Source: an uncultured Pirellulaceae bacterium (GTDB lineage Bacteria; Planctomycetota; Planctomycetia; Pirellulales; Pirellulaceae). Taken from it: 64,000 nucleotides of DNA. The notes beneath the pieces were generated by a model. It worked only from the letters and a program-made list of their open reading frames with translations, was not told the origin of the DNA and did not search any database. The position numbers and the translations under genes are program-made. This document shows, in pieces, positions 54,301 to 61,866 of the stretch (position 1 is the first letter of the stretch; each line of letters starts with the position of its first letter). The stretch covers positions 811 through 64,810 of the forward strand of contig CALJOA010000073.1 in assembly GCA_937981585.1 (NCBI GenBank). The letters run 5' to 3'.

Positions 54301-55403
54301 ACGAGTTGCGCAATCCAATCGCAGCGATCATGAATGCATTGGCAGTTTTGAAAGTTCAGGAAACTGTCAACCAAAGCGATGCTGCCGCTCGAAATGTAAT
54401 CCTTGGGCAATCGAAACAGTTGGCTAAACTACTGGACGATCTGCTTGATGTCTCACGAATTACACATGACAAGATCAAGCTCGATATGAAACCAGTTAAC
54501 TTGGTACAGTTCTCCAGCCAAGTTACCGAGTGCATCGAAAGTCGAATTCAAGAGAAAAACCAAAGCCTGACTTTGGAGATGCCAAACAAACCGGTATTCA
54601 TTCACGCAGACGCCACCAGAATCATTCAGGCGCAGGTGAACCTGATGGTCAACGCGACCAAATACACGCCCGTTGGTGGCAATATCAAGTATTCGATTTC
54701 TATAGTCGGCAAAGACGCCGTTATCGAAGTTGAAGATGATGGCGAGGGAATGAGCCCCGAACTGCTGAAAAAGGTATTTGAGGTTTTTGTCCAAGCCGAC
54801 CAGCCGTTGGATCGAAACGTCGGTGGAATGGGACTGGGTTTACCACTTGTCAAAATGATTGCTACTGCCCATTCAGGGGAAGTTCGAGCCTTTAGCAGAG
54901 GACTCGGTAAGGGTAGCAGGTTCTCCCTGATTTTCCCGACCACCGAGGAATGTGGACTTCCTCAAACTCCCATAACCCGACCACCGATCGAATCTCTCTC
55001 TTGCAAAAAACTTTTGCTTGTCGAAGACAACGATGGAGCCCGCAAGATGTTAGCGGAGTATCTTTCAATCGAAGGGTTTGAAGTACATTCTGCAGCCAAC
55101 GGAAGAGAGGCTATCGACTCATATGGAACTTTCTGCCCCTCAATTTGTATTGTTGACATCGGATTACCAGATCTCAATGGCTTCGAAGTGGTAACTCAAA
55201 TTGGAACACATGAACATCAACCCCGTTTGACGATCGCATTGACTGGTTACGGGCAGGAAAACGATCGCCGCGAAATTCTCGAAGCGGGATTTGATCTGCA
55301 CATCGTCAAGCCTGTTGCGCCAGACGAGTTGATCGATACGATTATGATGAAACTTGGCACCATGGAATCCCAGTCAGATTCAACATCTTCCAAACCTGTT
55401 TGA
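51327..55403 (+). CDS. CheB-CheR-PAS-PAS-histidine kinase-REC hybrid
   Basis: GSSAGG/VQHL/SGTGNDG; CASGEEAYS; NEEL heptads; LSHELRNP, DDGEGM, GMGLGL; REC IVDIGLP. Confidence 0.92.
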   Translation: MNLPDGNVGGTSEVADKHQTDPSKNNESDMIVVGIGSSAGGVEALEAMFSVMPDKLGMAFIVVQHLSPDFESLMPQILARKTVMPVSAIENQQTLEPNRVYVLPSGKDLIISDRVLYTRAQDDKRSLNKPIDQFFFSLANDVGQSAVGVVLSGTGNDGSRGIREIHDAGGLVIVQSEKSAKFNGMPRSAINTGIVDSIATIDDIPNSLIRFSELGSSDSKGSRLDQFADSMETESRILHLLHVHFGIDFEQYKNDMFGRRVERRICLTKESSTENYLMRLENDPQELKQLYSDLLIGVTEFFRDREAFDELQMRVLPALLDAAAPTGEFRVWVAPCASGEEAYSLAIIIDELLKKRDYELDVKIFATDVNSDCIEFAGRGVYPEECLGNVSPQRIENYFEHGDEGFLVSRELRKQIVFATHNVLQDAPFTKLNLVSCRNLLIYLKADAKRKILSLFNFSLIKNGILFLGPSESLAELAHEFRTVNDRWRIFRKVAKVRISAVNLPNNLPLRPSKSTPEDRIGMPHSELMNVYDSLLGEFMPPGLLIDENHQIVHIFGAATKYLEFKPGRPTSDFLELLPPTFRIAVSNGLKRVKVDSKPVVYPGLKFELGDDKVTSIRISIKSAEAALSPKFLVIFEDESDSLAHSFADVIPIDGGAASVERIQFLEEQLQSTRESLHDSILDLKSANEEMQSTNEELIASNEELQSTNEELHSVNEELYTVNSEHQRKITELTEMTDDMENLLDSIQVDTIFLDRELKVRKFTLGIAKTFRLIPQDLGRHIDSFNHELQCKDIVELVEKVLESELLFEEEVQDNDQNWYLMRLLPYNSRGKVDGVLLTLIDITKIKETEQKLAELSEIVQSSDDAIFRISLDGTIRTWNHGSERLFSHTAKYMIGKNVSVLMLYEEGQNALTSALATIERGERIDHIKMKAVRRNGEEVDVQMSVSPIRGADNELVAASIVLRDFTKEKQAEDANLEAVRRRDQFLAMLSHELRNPIAAIMNALAVLKVQETVNQSDAAARNVILGQSKQLAKLLDDLLDVSRITHDKIKLDMKPVNLVQFSSQVTECIESRIQEKNQSLTLEMPNKPVFIHADATRIIQAQVNLMVNATKYTPVGGNIKYSISIVGKDAVIEVEDDGEGMSPELLKKVFEVFVQADQPLDRNVGGMGLGLPLVKMIATAHSGEVRAFSRGLGKGSRFSLIFPTTEECGLPQTPITRPPIESLSCKKLLLVEDNDGARKMLAEYLSIEGFEVHSAANGREAIDSYGTFCPSICIVDIGLPDLNGFEVVTQIGTHEHQPRLTIALTGYGQENDRREILEAGFDLHIVKPVAPDELIDTIMMKLGTMESQSDSTSSKPV

Positions 55404-55582
55404 TTGCTCAGCAGGCATAAGATTCTTGCTAGCGACGGGATCAATTTTTAGTAACCAGCGGGATTGACAGTATTTTATGAATCAAAATAATCGAACCTGA
55501 CATGATGTCTTCTCTTTTAAGCATGGATGCTCCCCCGTCGGCTCGGATTGCCGGCTCACCCCAACAACAGTACGGAGACGCC

Positions 55583-56323
55583 ATGTTAGTTCTTTCAAGA
55601 AAAGTTAAAGATACGATTCGATTTCCGGAACTGGACATCACCATTGAAATTCTCAAGGTGAAAGGGGCAAGCACTCGGATTGGAATTGACGCGCCCCTGG
55701 AAATTCAAGTCCTCCGCGGTGAGCTTGAAACAGAGCCGACTGTCGCTCGGAAAATTCTAGTCGACGCCGATACCGAGCACGACACACGAAACAAGCTCAA
55801 CAAACTCTCGATTGCCGCAGCTCTTGCGAAAAAATTGATCGAGCGAGGCGAGTTCAATCTGGCAGCAGAGAAATTGGAGAAAACAATTTCTGAAATGGGC
55901 GTGCCTTCCCAAACGACTTCCGGTCTCCAAGCCCTTTTGGTTGAAGACGCCGAGAATGAAAGAGAAATGCTCGCGGGATTTCTGAGGCTTCACGGATACA
56001 ACGTCACCACTGTGGCAGATGGCGTTGAAGCGATGGAGTTCTTGGAGTCAAACGAAAAACCCGATTTGATTCTCATTGACATGAACATGCCGCGGCTGGA
56101 CGGGCCTTCCACAATTCACTTGATTCGCGCCAATGTTGCCTTCGATAAGGTCGAGATTTTTGCGATCAGTGGTCAGTCTGCGAAATCCGCCAAAGTCGAT
56201 GTTGGTAAGAATCGAGTCGCACATTGGTTTCAAAAACCCCTCAGACCAAGCGACCTGGTCGATGCCATCAACAAAAGATGCGTTTCGGCCGAACTTGCCA
56301 GCGCTGGCTATTCAAACAACTAG
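55583..56323 (+). CDS. CsrA-domain / receiver-domain fusion
   Basis: MLVLSRK...RIGIDAP..VLRGEL CsrA fold; middle helix EHDTRNKLN; REC LLVED..LIDMNMP..KP; ATG 55583 after GGAG. Confidence 0.88.
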   Translation: MLVLSRKVKDTIRFPELDITIEILKVKGASTRIGIDAPLEIQVLRGELETEPTVARKILVDADTEHDTRNKLNKLSIAAALAKKLIERGEFNLAAEKLEKTISEMGVPSQTTSGLQALLVEDAENEREMLAGFLRLHGYNVTTVADGVEAMEFLESNEKPDLILIDMNMPRLDGPSTIHLIRANVAFDKVEIFAISGQSAKSAKVDVGKNRVAHWFQKPLRPSDLVDAINKRCVSAELASAGYSNN

Positions 56324-56605
56324 CCTGCCCGCTAGAGCTGAGACATTGTTGTCGAATTTTAATGAATACCGCAGCACCTGACCCTTGTTGAGTGCATCTT
56401 AACTTTCTGGCGCGCCTTCATGCCTACTACCTCTGCATGCTTCAAACGATCTTGGGTTTCTCAAAAATATCAAGGACGATTAAGATTGTGACATGATGTC
56501 GTAATAATCGATCATCGCTCTGCAAACGGATGCGGAACGTGCTTGAGGCCCAGAGGGGTTGAGCGTTGCTACAGGGATTGTGGCCTTGCTGCCAAGAGCG
56601 ATTAC

Positions 56606-56642
56606 AACGGAGGTGGTTTCAAAACCACCTCCGTTTCCTTTT
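56606..56642. terminator. 14-bp hairpin, probable terminator between convergent units
   Basis: AACGGAGGTGGTTT-CA-AAACCACCTCCGTT followed by TCCTTTT. Confidence 0.6.
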
Positions 56643-56656
56643 GCGCATTCGGCAAA

Positions 56657-57289
56657 CTACAACTCCTCTCGAATGCTAAGCACCCCATCGCGGGCCATGA
56701 CAATATGGTCGAGAACATCGATGCCTACCGTCTTGCCCACTTCCGTAAGCCGATCCGTCACGGCAAAGTCCTCTCGGCTTGGCTTGGGATCGCCGGAAGG
56801 GTGGTTGTGTGCGAGGATAATTGAGCTGGCAGCGTCTCGAATCGCTGGGCGAAACACTTCGCGCGGATGAACAAGCGACGCATCCAGCGTGCCGGTGGTA
56901 ATGTGATGCGAATTGAGGACATGGTTCTTCGTATCAAGCGTGACAATATGGAACTGTTCCTGAAGGCTATCGGTGATCAAACGTTTGAAATGCATCCGGC
57001 AAAAATCAATCGCGTCGCAGCTACTGGAGATCTTGGTAACCAACCGGTACTTGGTTTTCGCTTCTTGGATCCTTCGGCCCAACTCAATCCCCGCCCGCAA
57101 TCGTTTGAATGCCGCTGGCGTCAGATTTGCTTCGCGCTGGCCGAGGTCAGCTAACGACTCAAGACGAAATGACTTGGCAATGGTTGCAGCCTTTTCGGCA
57201 GATCTCAGTAGCGTCTCAAGCAATTGCTCGTTTGTTTGCTGCTCAATATCGGATTCTCGTTCTGGCATTGCTTCTAGCTTGCCATGCAA
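56657..57289 (-). CDS. radC: RadC/JAB-domain protein
   Basis: E.F...LD, GTLDASLVHPREVF, HNHPSGDPKPSRED, VLDHIV. Confidence 0.9.
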   Translation of the reverse strand: MHGKLEAMPERESDIEQQTNEQLLETLLRSAEKAATIAKSFRLESLADLGQREANLTPAAFKRLRAGIELGRRIQEAKTKYRLVTKISSSCDAIDFCRMHFKRLITDSLQEQFHIVTLDTKNHVLNSHHITTGTLDASLVHPREVFRPAIRDAASSIILAHNHPSGDPKPSREDFAVTDRLTEVGKTVGIDVLDHIVMARDGVLSIREEL

Positions 57290-57415
57290 CCTACCGTGTG
57301 CGCAAGAAGCCAGACGGCAAACCAGCCCAGCCTGTCAATCGAATTTTGTTTCCTGGTTGGCTCCAGTGTTTGAAATCTCTTTGTTCTATGTGAACATCTC
57401 TGATATTGTTCTCGC

Positions 57416-57916
57416 GTGCAGACGATCACATCCAACAATTTCGGCTTTCTGGTCGCCTATTTGATCCCAGGCTTTTTGGTGTTCTCGCAGCTCAACGTTG
57501 GATCAGCAGGAATCGGACCAAGCACCGAGACAACCGTAGGTGGATTCCTGATCCTGACAATTTGGTCCGCAATGGCCGGAATGATCCTGAGCCTGTTTCG
57601 CTGGTTGCTGGTGGATACGCTTCACCATGCCACGGGAGTAAAGCCTGCTAGGCTGGAGTTCTCCAGGTTGGAAGAAAACATCAACGCATTTCAACTTGTC
57701 GTTGAACACCAGTACCACTACTACCAGTTCTACTCAAACCTTTTGATCGCGTTGCTTGTCGTCGGAACAAAGCGACTATTTGACGGCACGCTCACGCTCG
57801 GGACGGCTTTGCTGGGACTAGTTCTACTGGCAACGCTATGGATTGCCTCACGACAAACACTCTCCAAATACTACCAAAGAGCCGGAGAAATCCTTCGTTG
57901 CGAGCACTCTACCTAA
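57416..57916 (+). CDS. hypothetical membrane protein (about 4 TM)
   Basis: GTG start; hydrophobic segments; YHYYQFYSN. Confidence 0.7.
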   Translation: MQTITSNNFGFLVAYLIPGFLVFSQLNVGSAGIGPSTETTVGGFLILTIWSAMAGMILSLFRWLLVDTLHHATGVKPARLEFSRLEENINAFQLVVEHQYHYYQFYSNLLIALLVVGTKRLFDGTLTLGTALLGLVLLATLWIASRQTLSKYYQRAGEILRCEHST

Positions 57917-57928
57917 AGCATCGCGTGG

Positions 57929-58168
57929 TCAAACATCCAGGCCCGCGTCGGCCAGGAATTCGGCCAGCGAAAGCTTATAGATTTTGCAGAACTCGGCGAG
58001 CTCGATCACATCAAGTCTCCGCTCCCCCGACTCCACCTTTGAGATAAAAGAGGCGTGAGCTCCAAACTTGGCCCCAACTTGCGTCTGTGTAAGTCCAGCA
58101 GCCTTGCGTTTGGCTTTGAGCGTCACTAACAGTTTCTTGTATTTTCGACTGAACTTGGTCTTTTTCAT
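57929..58168 (-). CDS. XRE-family HTH regulator
   Basis: RKAAGLTQTQVG...SFISKVESGERRLDVIE; ATG 58168. Confidence 0.9.
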   Translation of the reverse strand: MKKTKFSRKYKKLLVTLKAKRKAAGLTQTQVGAKFGAHASFISKVESGERRLDVIELAEFCKIYKLSLAEFLADAGLDV

Positions 58169-58212
58169 GGCAACCTGAATAGATGGTTGCCTTACGCTAC
58201 AGATCTGCCTAT

Positions 58213-58250
58213 AATTTCCCAAAACCGGAAATTCCCAATTTAGGAAAATT
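58213..58250. promoter_or_regulatory. tandem operator-like palindromes upstream of the XRE gene
   Basis: AATTTCC-n7-GGAAATT overlapping a second imperfect AATTCCC...GGAAAATT. Confidence 0.5.
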
Positions 58251-58252
58251 CA

Positions 58253-58360
58253 ATGACAAACGGCTCACATCCAAAACCATCTACCCAGACCCCAAAACCA
58301 GTCAAGCAAACCGGCAAAGACATTGGAAACAATGAAAAGCCAAAAGACAGCAAGCGATAA
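58253..58360 (+). CDS. putative 35-aa peptide
   Basis: MTNGSHPKPSTQTPKPVKQTGKDIGNNEKPKDSKR; AGGA upstream; divergent from the XRE gene. Confidence 0.35.
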   Translation: MTNGSHPKPSTQTPKPVKQTGKDIGNNEKPKDSKR

Positions 58361-58750
58361 ATGCATCGGTCATGGCTTGGTTCCGACTTTAGCTTGACAA
58401 AGCGTCGCTCGATTGAATCGTTTTCCAATTCAGCAGCAAGCCAAAGTCAATTTCAAAGAATTGCCAACCGCTGTCAATCCAAACTCAGGCTCAAAAGCTG
58501 TAACATAAGGCTCCTATTTCCAGTGACCGCTTGATTTGGCCCGAGTCACCGTACCGGAAGCCGAGCTCACTGAAGGTCGTCCCCGGCATTGCGAAGTAAC
58601 CGAGATCGACCGTATCGGATCTGCGATGCAACGCCGCCGTTTTGCCGTCAGGCGAACGAGGAAATCAGCTGAGTCCTACATGCGATCGCTCAAGTAGGCC
58701 GTCCCGATGGCGGCAAACAAAAAGCGTCTCGGGACGGAAACCCCAAAGCC

Positions 58751-60910
58751 TTGTTGTTTCAGTTCTCCACAACCGGCGCCATGGAACGCGAGCACAGTTG
58801 TGAATCGTTTGATCTGCTACTTCAAACACTGCATCAGGTCCTCTTGCACGAGCAAAGTCCCCTTTCGCTTGAACTTGGTGTTCACAACAACCAAGTCATC
58901 CAGGCATTTCGGACGCACGATGACCATTCCCGCAGAGCCATAAAAAACGCCCTCAGAAACGTTTACCCGACGTCTCGGCTATCAACGCTGCCGGATGATT
59001 CGTTTCGGCCTCCTACGGCAACCTCGATGTATTTTGCTGATGTTGGTTTGAGTAACGATCTTTATTCCATCAAGCGTTGGCAACAACTGCTCACCCAAAG
59101 CGATCCCCTCTCAACGCTACTCGGTTCACTGGTCGTCAACCAACACTCACGGTTCTTTGGTCATGTTTCGATGGCGCTGGTTCCACTGGCTCCAAATCTG
59201 CAACGGATTCATCGCCGAGCGTTTGAAGGTCTGCAATCCGATGTGATGCAGGATCACAAACTTATCGCCCGAATGTTTGAAGCCTCCGCCCGTTCGCACT
59301 ATCTGGTTGGCCGGCTTCCCGCTTGTTTGTTAAGGAAACTCTATCGCAGTGAAACTCCGGACGACAAAACGATGAATCTCGGATCGGCAAGACACCACGA
59401 GCGTGAAACCGATGTCCAATCAGGATCGAACAAGTTAAGCGGCTCGTGTTTTCAAACTCGTATCCGGATTCGTGTTTTCGGCCCTCCGCACGAGACAAAC
59501 CTGGCGACAAGCCTAATCCATCAGATATTTGCACCATTGGCTCAGTTCAACGCTCCACGACTCGGTCAATTCCACCTCTCCGAAGTCCGCACCAAAGACA
59601 ACAAGAAGCGGTCGTCGTTCTTGTTGAGTTGCCATGAAGTCAGTTCCATCTTCCACCCACCGGCACAGAAAACCGAATCGTTGGCGGTATCACGCTTTAT
59701 TCAGCTGGAAGCACCAAAAGACCTCCCGCGAGTCAGCGCAAACAAGAACCTGATGAGTGTGGGGCAGACCTGTTTTCATTCGACTAGGAACCGGTTTGGT
59801 TTGTTGGATAAAGACGCTTCCCTGCACGGTTTCGTGGTCGGGTCATCCGGTTCGGGAAAGACGACGCTACTTACGACCGCGATCATGAGTCTGATCAACC
59901 GCGGACAAGGAATAACGCTTGTCGATTTTCATGGAGACTTTGCCAGGTCAATTGAAGAAGCCATTCCAGGACGCGAAAGACATCGAGTTGTCAGTTTCAC
60001 TCCCCTCTCGGAATCTCCAATCGCCTTCAATCCCCTATCGTGCCCGGATCCAAAGCGCTGGCCAATCGTTACCGATTCAGTTCTCTCCGGGATGAAAAAC
60101 TTGTTTGGCCATTCATGGGGACCACGACTCGAACAAATACTTCAAATGGCTTTGTCCGCAGCAATCGCCGCTGGCGATACAACGCTTGCTGATGTTCGCC
60201 GAATGCTTTCCGACGAACCAACACGAATGAAGATCCTTGCACGAGTCACGGATCCAATCGTCAGGCAGTTCTGGTTTGAGACGTACGCAAGTTGGGATAA
60301 GCGATATCGCACCGAAGCGATTCAAAGTGTAGTCAACAAACTCGATGCTTTGTTAACCCCCAAGCTTCGCTCGATGCTCTGTCAGAACGGACGCTCATTC
60401 GACTTCCGTACAGCTTTCGATGAACGCAAGATCGTGATCGTTAACCTTGCTCGTGGTGAGATGGGGCAAACAGCAGCAAGCACGTTGGGCAGTCTAGTGC
60501 TCAGCGCGATTCAAAACGCAGCTCTGTCGCGAGCAGAGATTTCTGAATCTCAGCGACTCCCCCATTCCGTGTTTCTAGATGAGCTCCAGCTCTACAGCAA
60601 CCCGCAAGCTCTAACCAGCTTGCTTGCCGAAGCCCGCAAATACCGCGTCGCTGTTTGGTCAGCCACTCAATCACTCGCCAGTATCGACAGCGACGAAGTT
60701 CTTCCAATCGTGCTTTCCAATGCGGCCAACTTTATTTCCTTTCGCGTCAGCCAAAAAGATGCCGTCGAAATTGCGCCGATGCTTGACGATGCAGTCACGC
60801 CGCGAGACATCGTCTCACTCCCCCGCTTTCATGCCTACGCTCGGGTCATGGTAAACGGCGAAGTCCAACCTCCGTTTTCGTTCACCACAATCAAACCACC
60901 AACGAAATAA
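58751..60910 (+). CDS. VirD4/TraD-like coupling-protein ATPase (FtsK-HerA superfamily)
   Basis: H...GSSGSGKTT Walker A, VDFHGD, FNPL, WGPRLE, VFLDELQ Walker B, LAEARKY, ATQ. Start may be ATG 58781. Confidence 0.85.
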   Translation: MLFQFSTTGAMEREHSCESFDLLLQTLHQVLLHEQSPLSLELGVHNNQVIQAFRTHDDHSRRAIKNALRNVYPTSRLSTLPDDSFRPPTATSMYFADVGLSNDLYSIKRWQQLLTQSDPLSTLLGSLVVNQHSRFFGHVSMALVPLAPNLQRIHRRAFEGLQSDVMQDHKLIARMFEASARSHYLVGRLPACLLRKLYRSETPDDKTMNLGSARHHERETDVQSGSNKLSGSCFQTRIRIRVFGPPHETNLATSLIHQIFAPLAQFNAPRLGQFHLSEVRTKDNKKRSSFLLSCHEVSSIFHPPAQKTESLAVSRFIQLEAPKDLPRVSANKNLMSVGQTCFHSTRNRFGLLDKDASLHGFVVGSSGSGKTTLLTTAIMSLINRGQGITLVDFHGDFARSIEEAIPGRERHRVVSFTPLSESPIAFNPLSCPDPKRWPIVTDSVLSGMKNLFGHSWGPRLEQILQMALSAAIAAGDTTLADVRRMLSDEPTRMKILARVTDPIVRQFWFETYASWDKRYRTEAIQSVVNKLDALLTPKLRSMLCQNGRSFDFRTAFDERKIVIVNLARGEMGQTAASTLGSLVLSAIQNAALSRAEISESQRLPHSVFLDELQLYSNPQALTSLLAEARKYRVAVWSATQSLASIDSDEVLPIVLSNAANFISFRVSQKDAVEIAPMLDDAVTPRDIVSLPRFHAYARVMVNGEVQPPFSFTTIKPPTK

Positions 60911-60970
60911 TCAACGTCGATCGTCAAGTCAATTTGATGGCTTATTCGAGCGCTTTGTGGCACTATGCAT

Positions 60971-61540
60971 TGACTACTCACCTTACTCACTGCCTATGAC
61001 AAATGACTTTCTCACCATCAAACAAGCCGCCAAGCTTACCGGCAAGTCCGAAGTGACTATTCGCCGCCTAATCAAACGCCTACTCAAGAATCGCACTGCA
61101 CAGACTGATCAAATGATCAACCTGACTAATCGCCATGGTTCTTCGGTTTATAGGATTGAAAGGCGGTTTCTGATTGAACACGTCAATCTGCCCGAAGATC
61201 GCAAACAAGAATTGCTTAGTGCAACTAGTCATTCGTCTACCCAAACGAATAGCCAAAATGTTGATGACCACGGCTTGAGTAATCAAACGCCAAGCCCAAC
61301 TGATCAAACGACCAGCGGATCAGATCGTAAATCTGAGCAGTCAGCCTACTCATCAAACCCGTTGCATAGTCAACCGACTAATCAATCGCCCAGCCAGACT
61401 ACTCAGGCTGATCCAACCAGCGCTGACAGAGCCGAAAGAGGGGATAGTCAACCTGATCATTCGCCTACTCAAACGACTGGTCACTTTTCGGAAGAAGGCT
61501 TGCAACTGCTTAAAACGACGCTTGATCAACTGACTAGGCA
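60971..61540. repeat. dispersed array of about 20 degenerate 10-bp quasi-palindromes (TGACTAGTCA-like)
   Basis: e.g. TGACTACTCA 60971, CGCCTAATCA 61065, CGCCTACTCA 61077, TGAGTAATCA 61276, CGACTAATCA 61375, CGACTGGTCA 61474. Confidence 0.65.
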
Positions 61541-61862
61541 GCTTGATAAAAAGGATGATCAAATCGCCGCCAAAGACGATCAACTTTCCAAGCTCGACAA
61601 GCAACTTTCGGTCGAACGAGAACGCAACGAAAAATTGACACAGATCATTGAACAAGGTAACGTCCTTGTCCATTCGGCCCAGCAACGAATTCCGCTTCCC
61701 GACGAAGACTCAAAAGGGGAGTTGATCGAGTCGTCAATCGAAGCAAACGACATTGCCGATGCACCTGTCGCAAATGCCATCGTAGAAGACGACTCTGAAC
61801 CAGCCGAGAACAGGGGAGTCATCTCTCGACTCTTCAGCCGATTTGGCCGCTCCGACTCTTAA
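60996..61862 (+). CDS. HTH + coiled-coil protein, candidate single-protein plasmid partition factor
   Basis: LTIKQAAKLTGKSEVTIRR HTH; S/T/Q linker; coiled coil QLDKKDDQI..KDDQL; amphipathic tail RGVISRLFSRF; directly upstream of rep. Confidence 0.65.
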   Translation: MTNDFLTIKQAAKLTGKSEVTIRRLIKRLLKNRTAQTDQMINLTNRHGSSVYRIERRFLIEHVNLPEDRKQELLSATSHSSTQTNSQNVDDHGLSNQTPSPTDQTTSGSDRKSEQSAYSSNPLHSQPTNQSPSQTTQADPTSADRAERGDSQPDHSPTQTTGHFSEEGLQLLKTTLDQLTRQLDKKDDQIAAKDDQLSKLDKQLSVERERNEKLTQIIEQGNVLVHSAQQRIPLPDEDSKGELIESSIEANDIADAPVANAIVEDDSEPAENRGVISRLFSRFGRSDS

Positions 61863-61866
61863 CCAA

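Noticed and set aside
45361-55403. Classical chemotaxis operon
   Set aside because: No cheA, cheW, MCP or flagellar genes; CheB lacks its REC domain and is fused to CheR.
56480-56515. GACAT-G-ATGTC palindrome as an att/dif-like boundary of the mobile element
   Set aside because: It is short, does not match a dif consensus convincingly, and no tRNA, integrase or second copy is visible.
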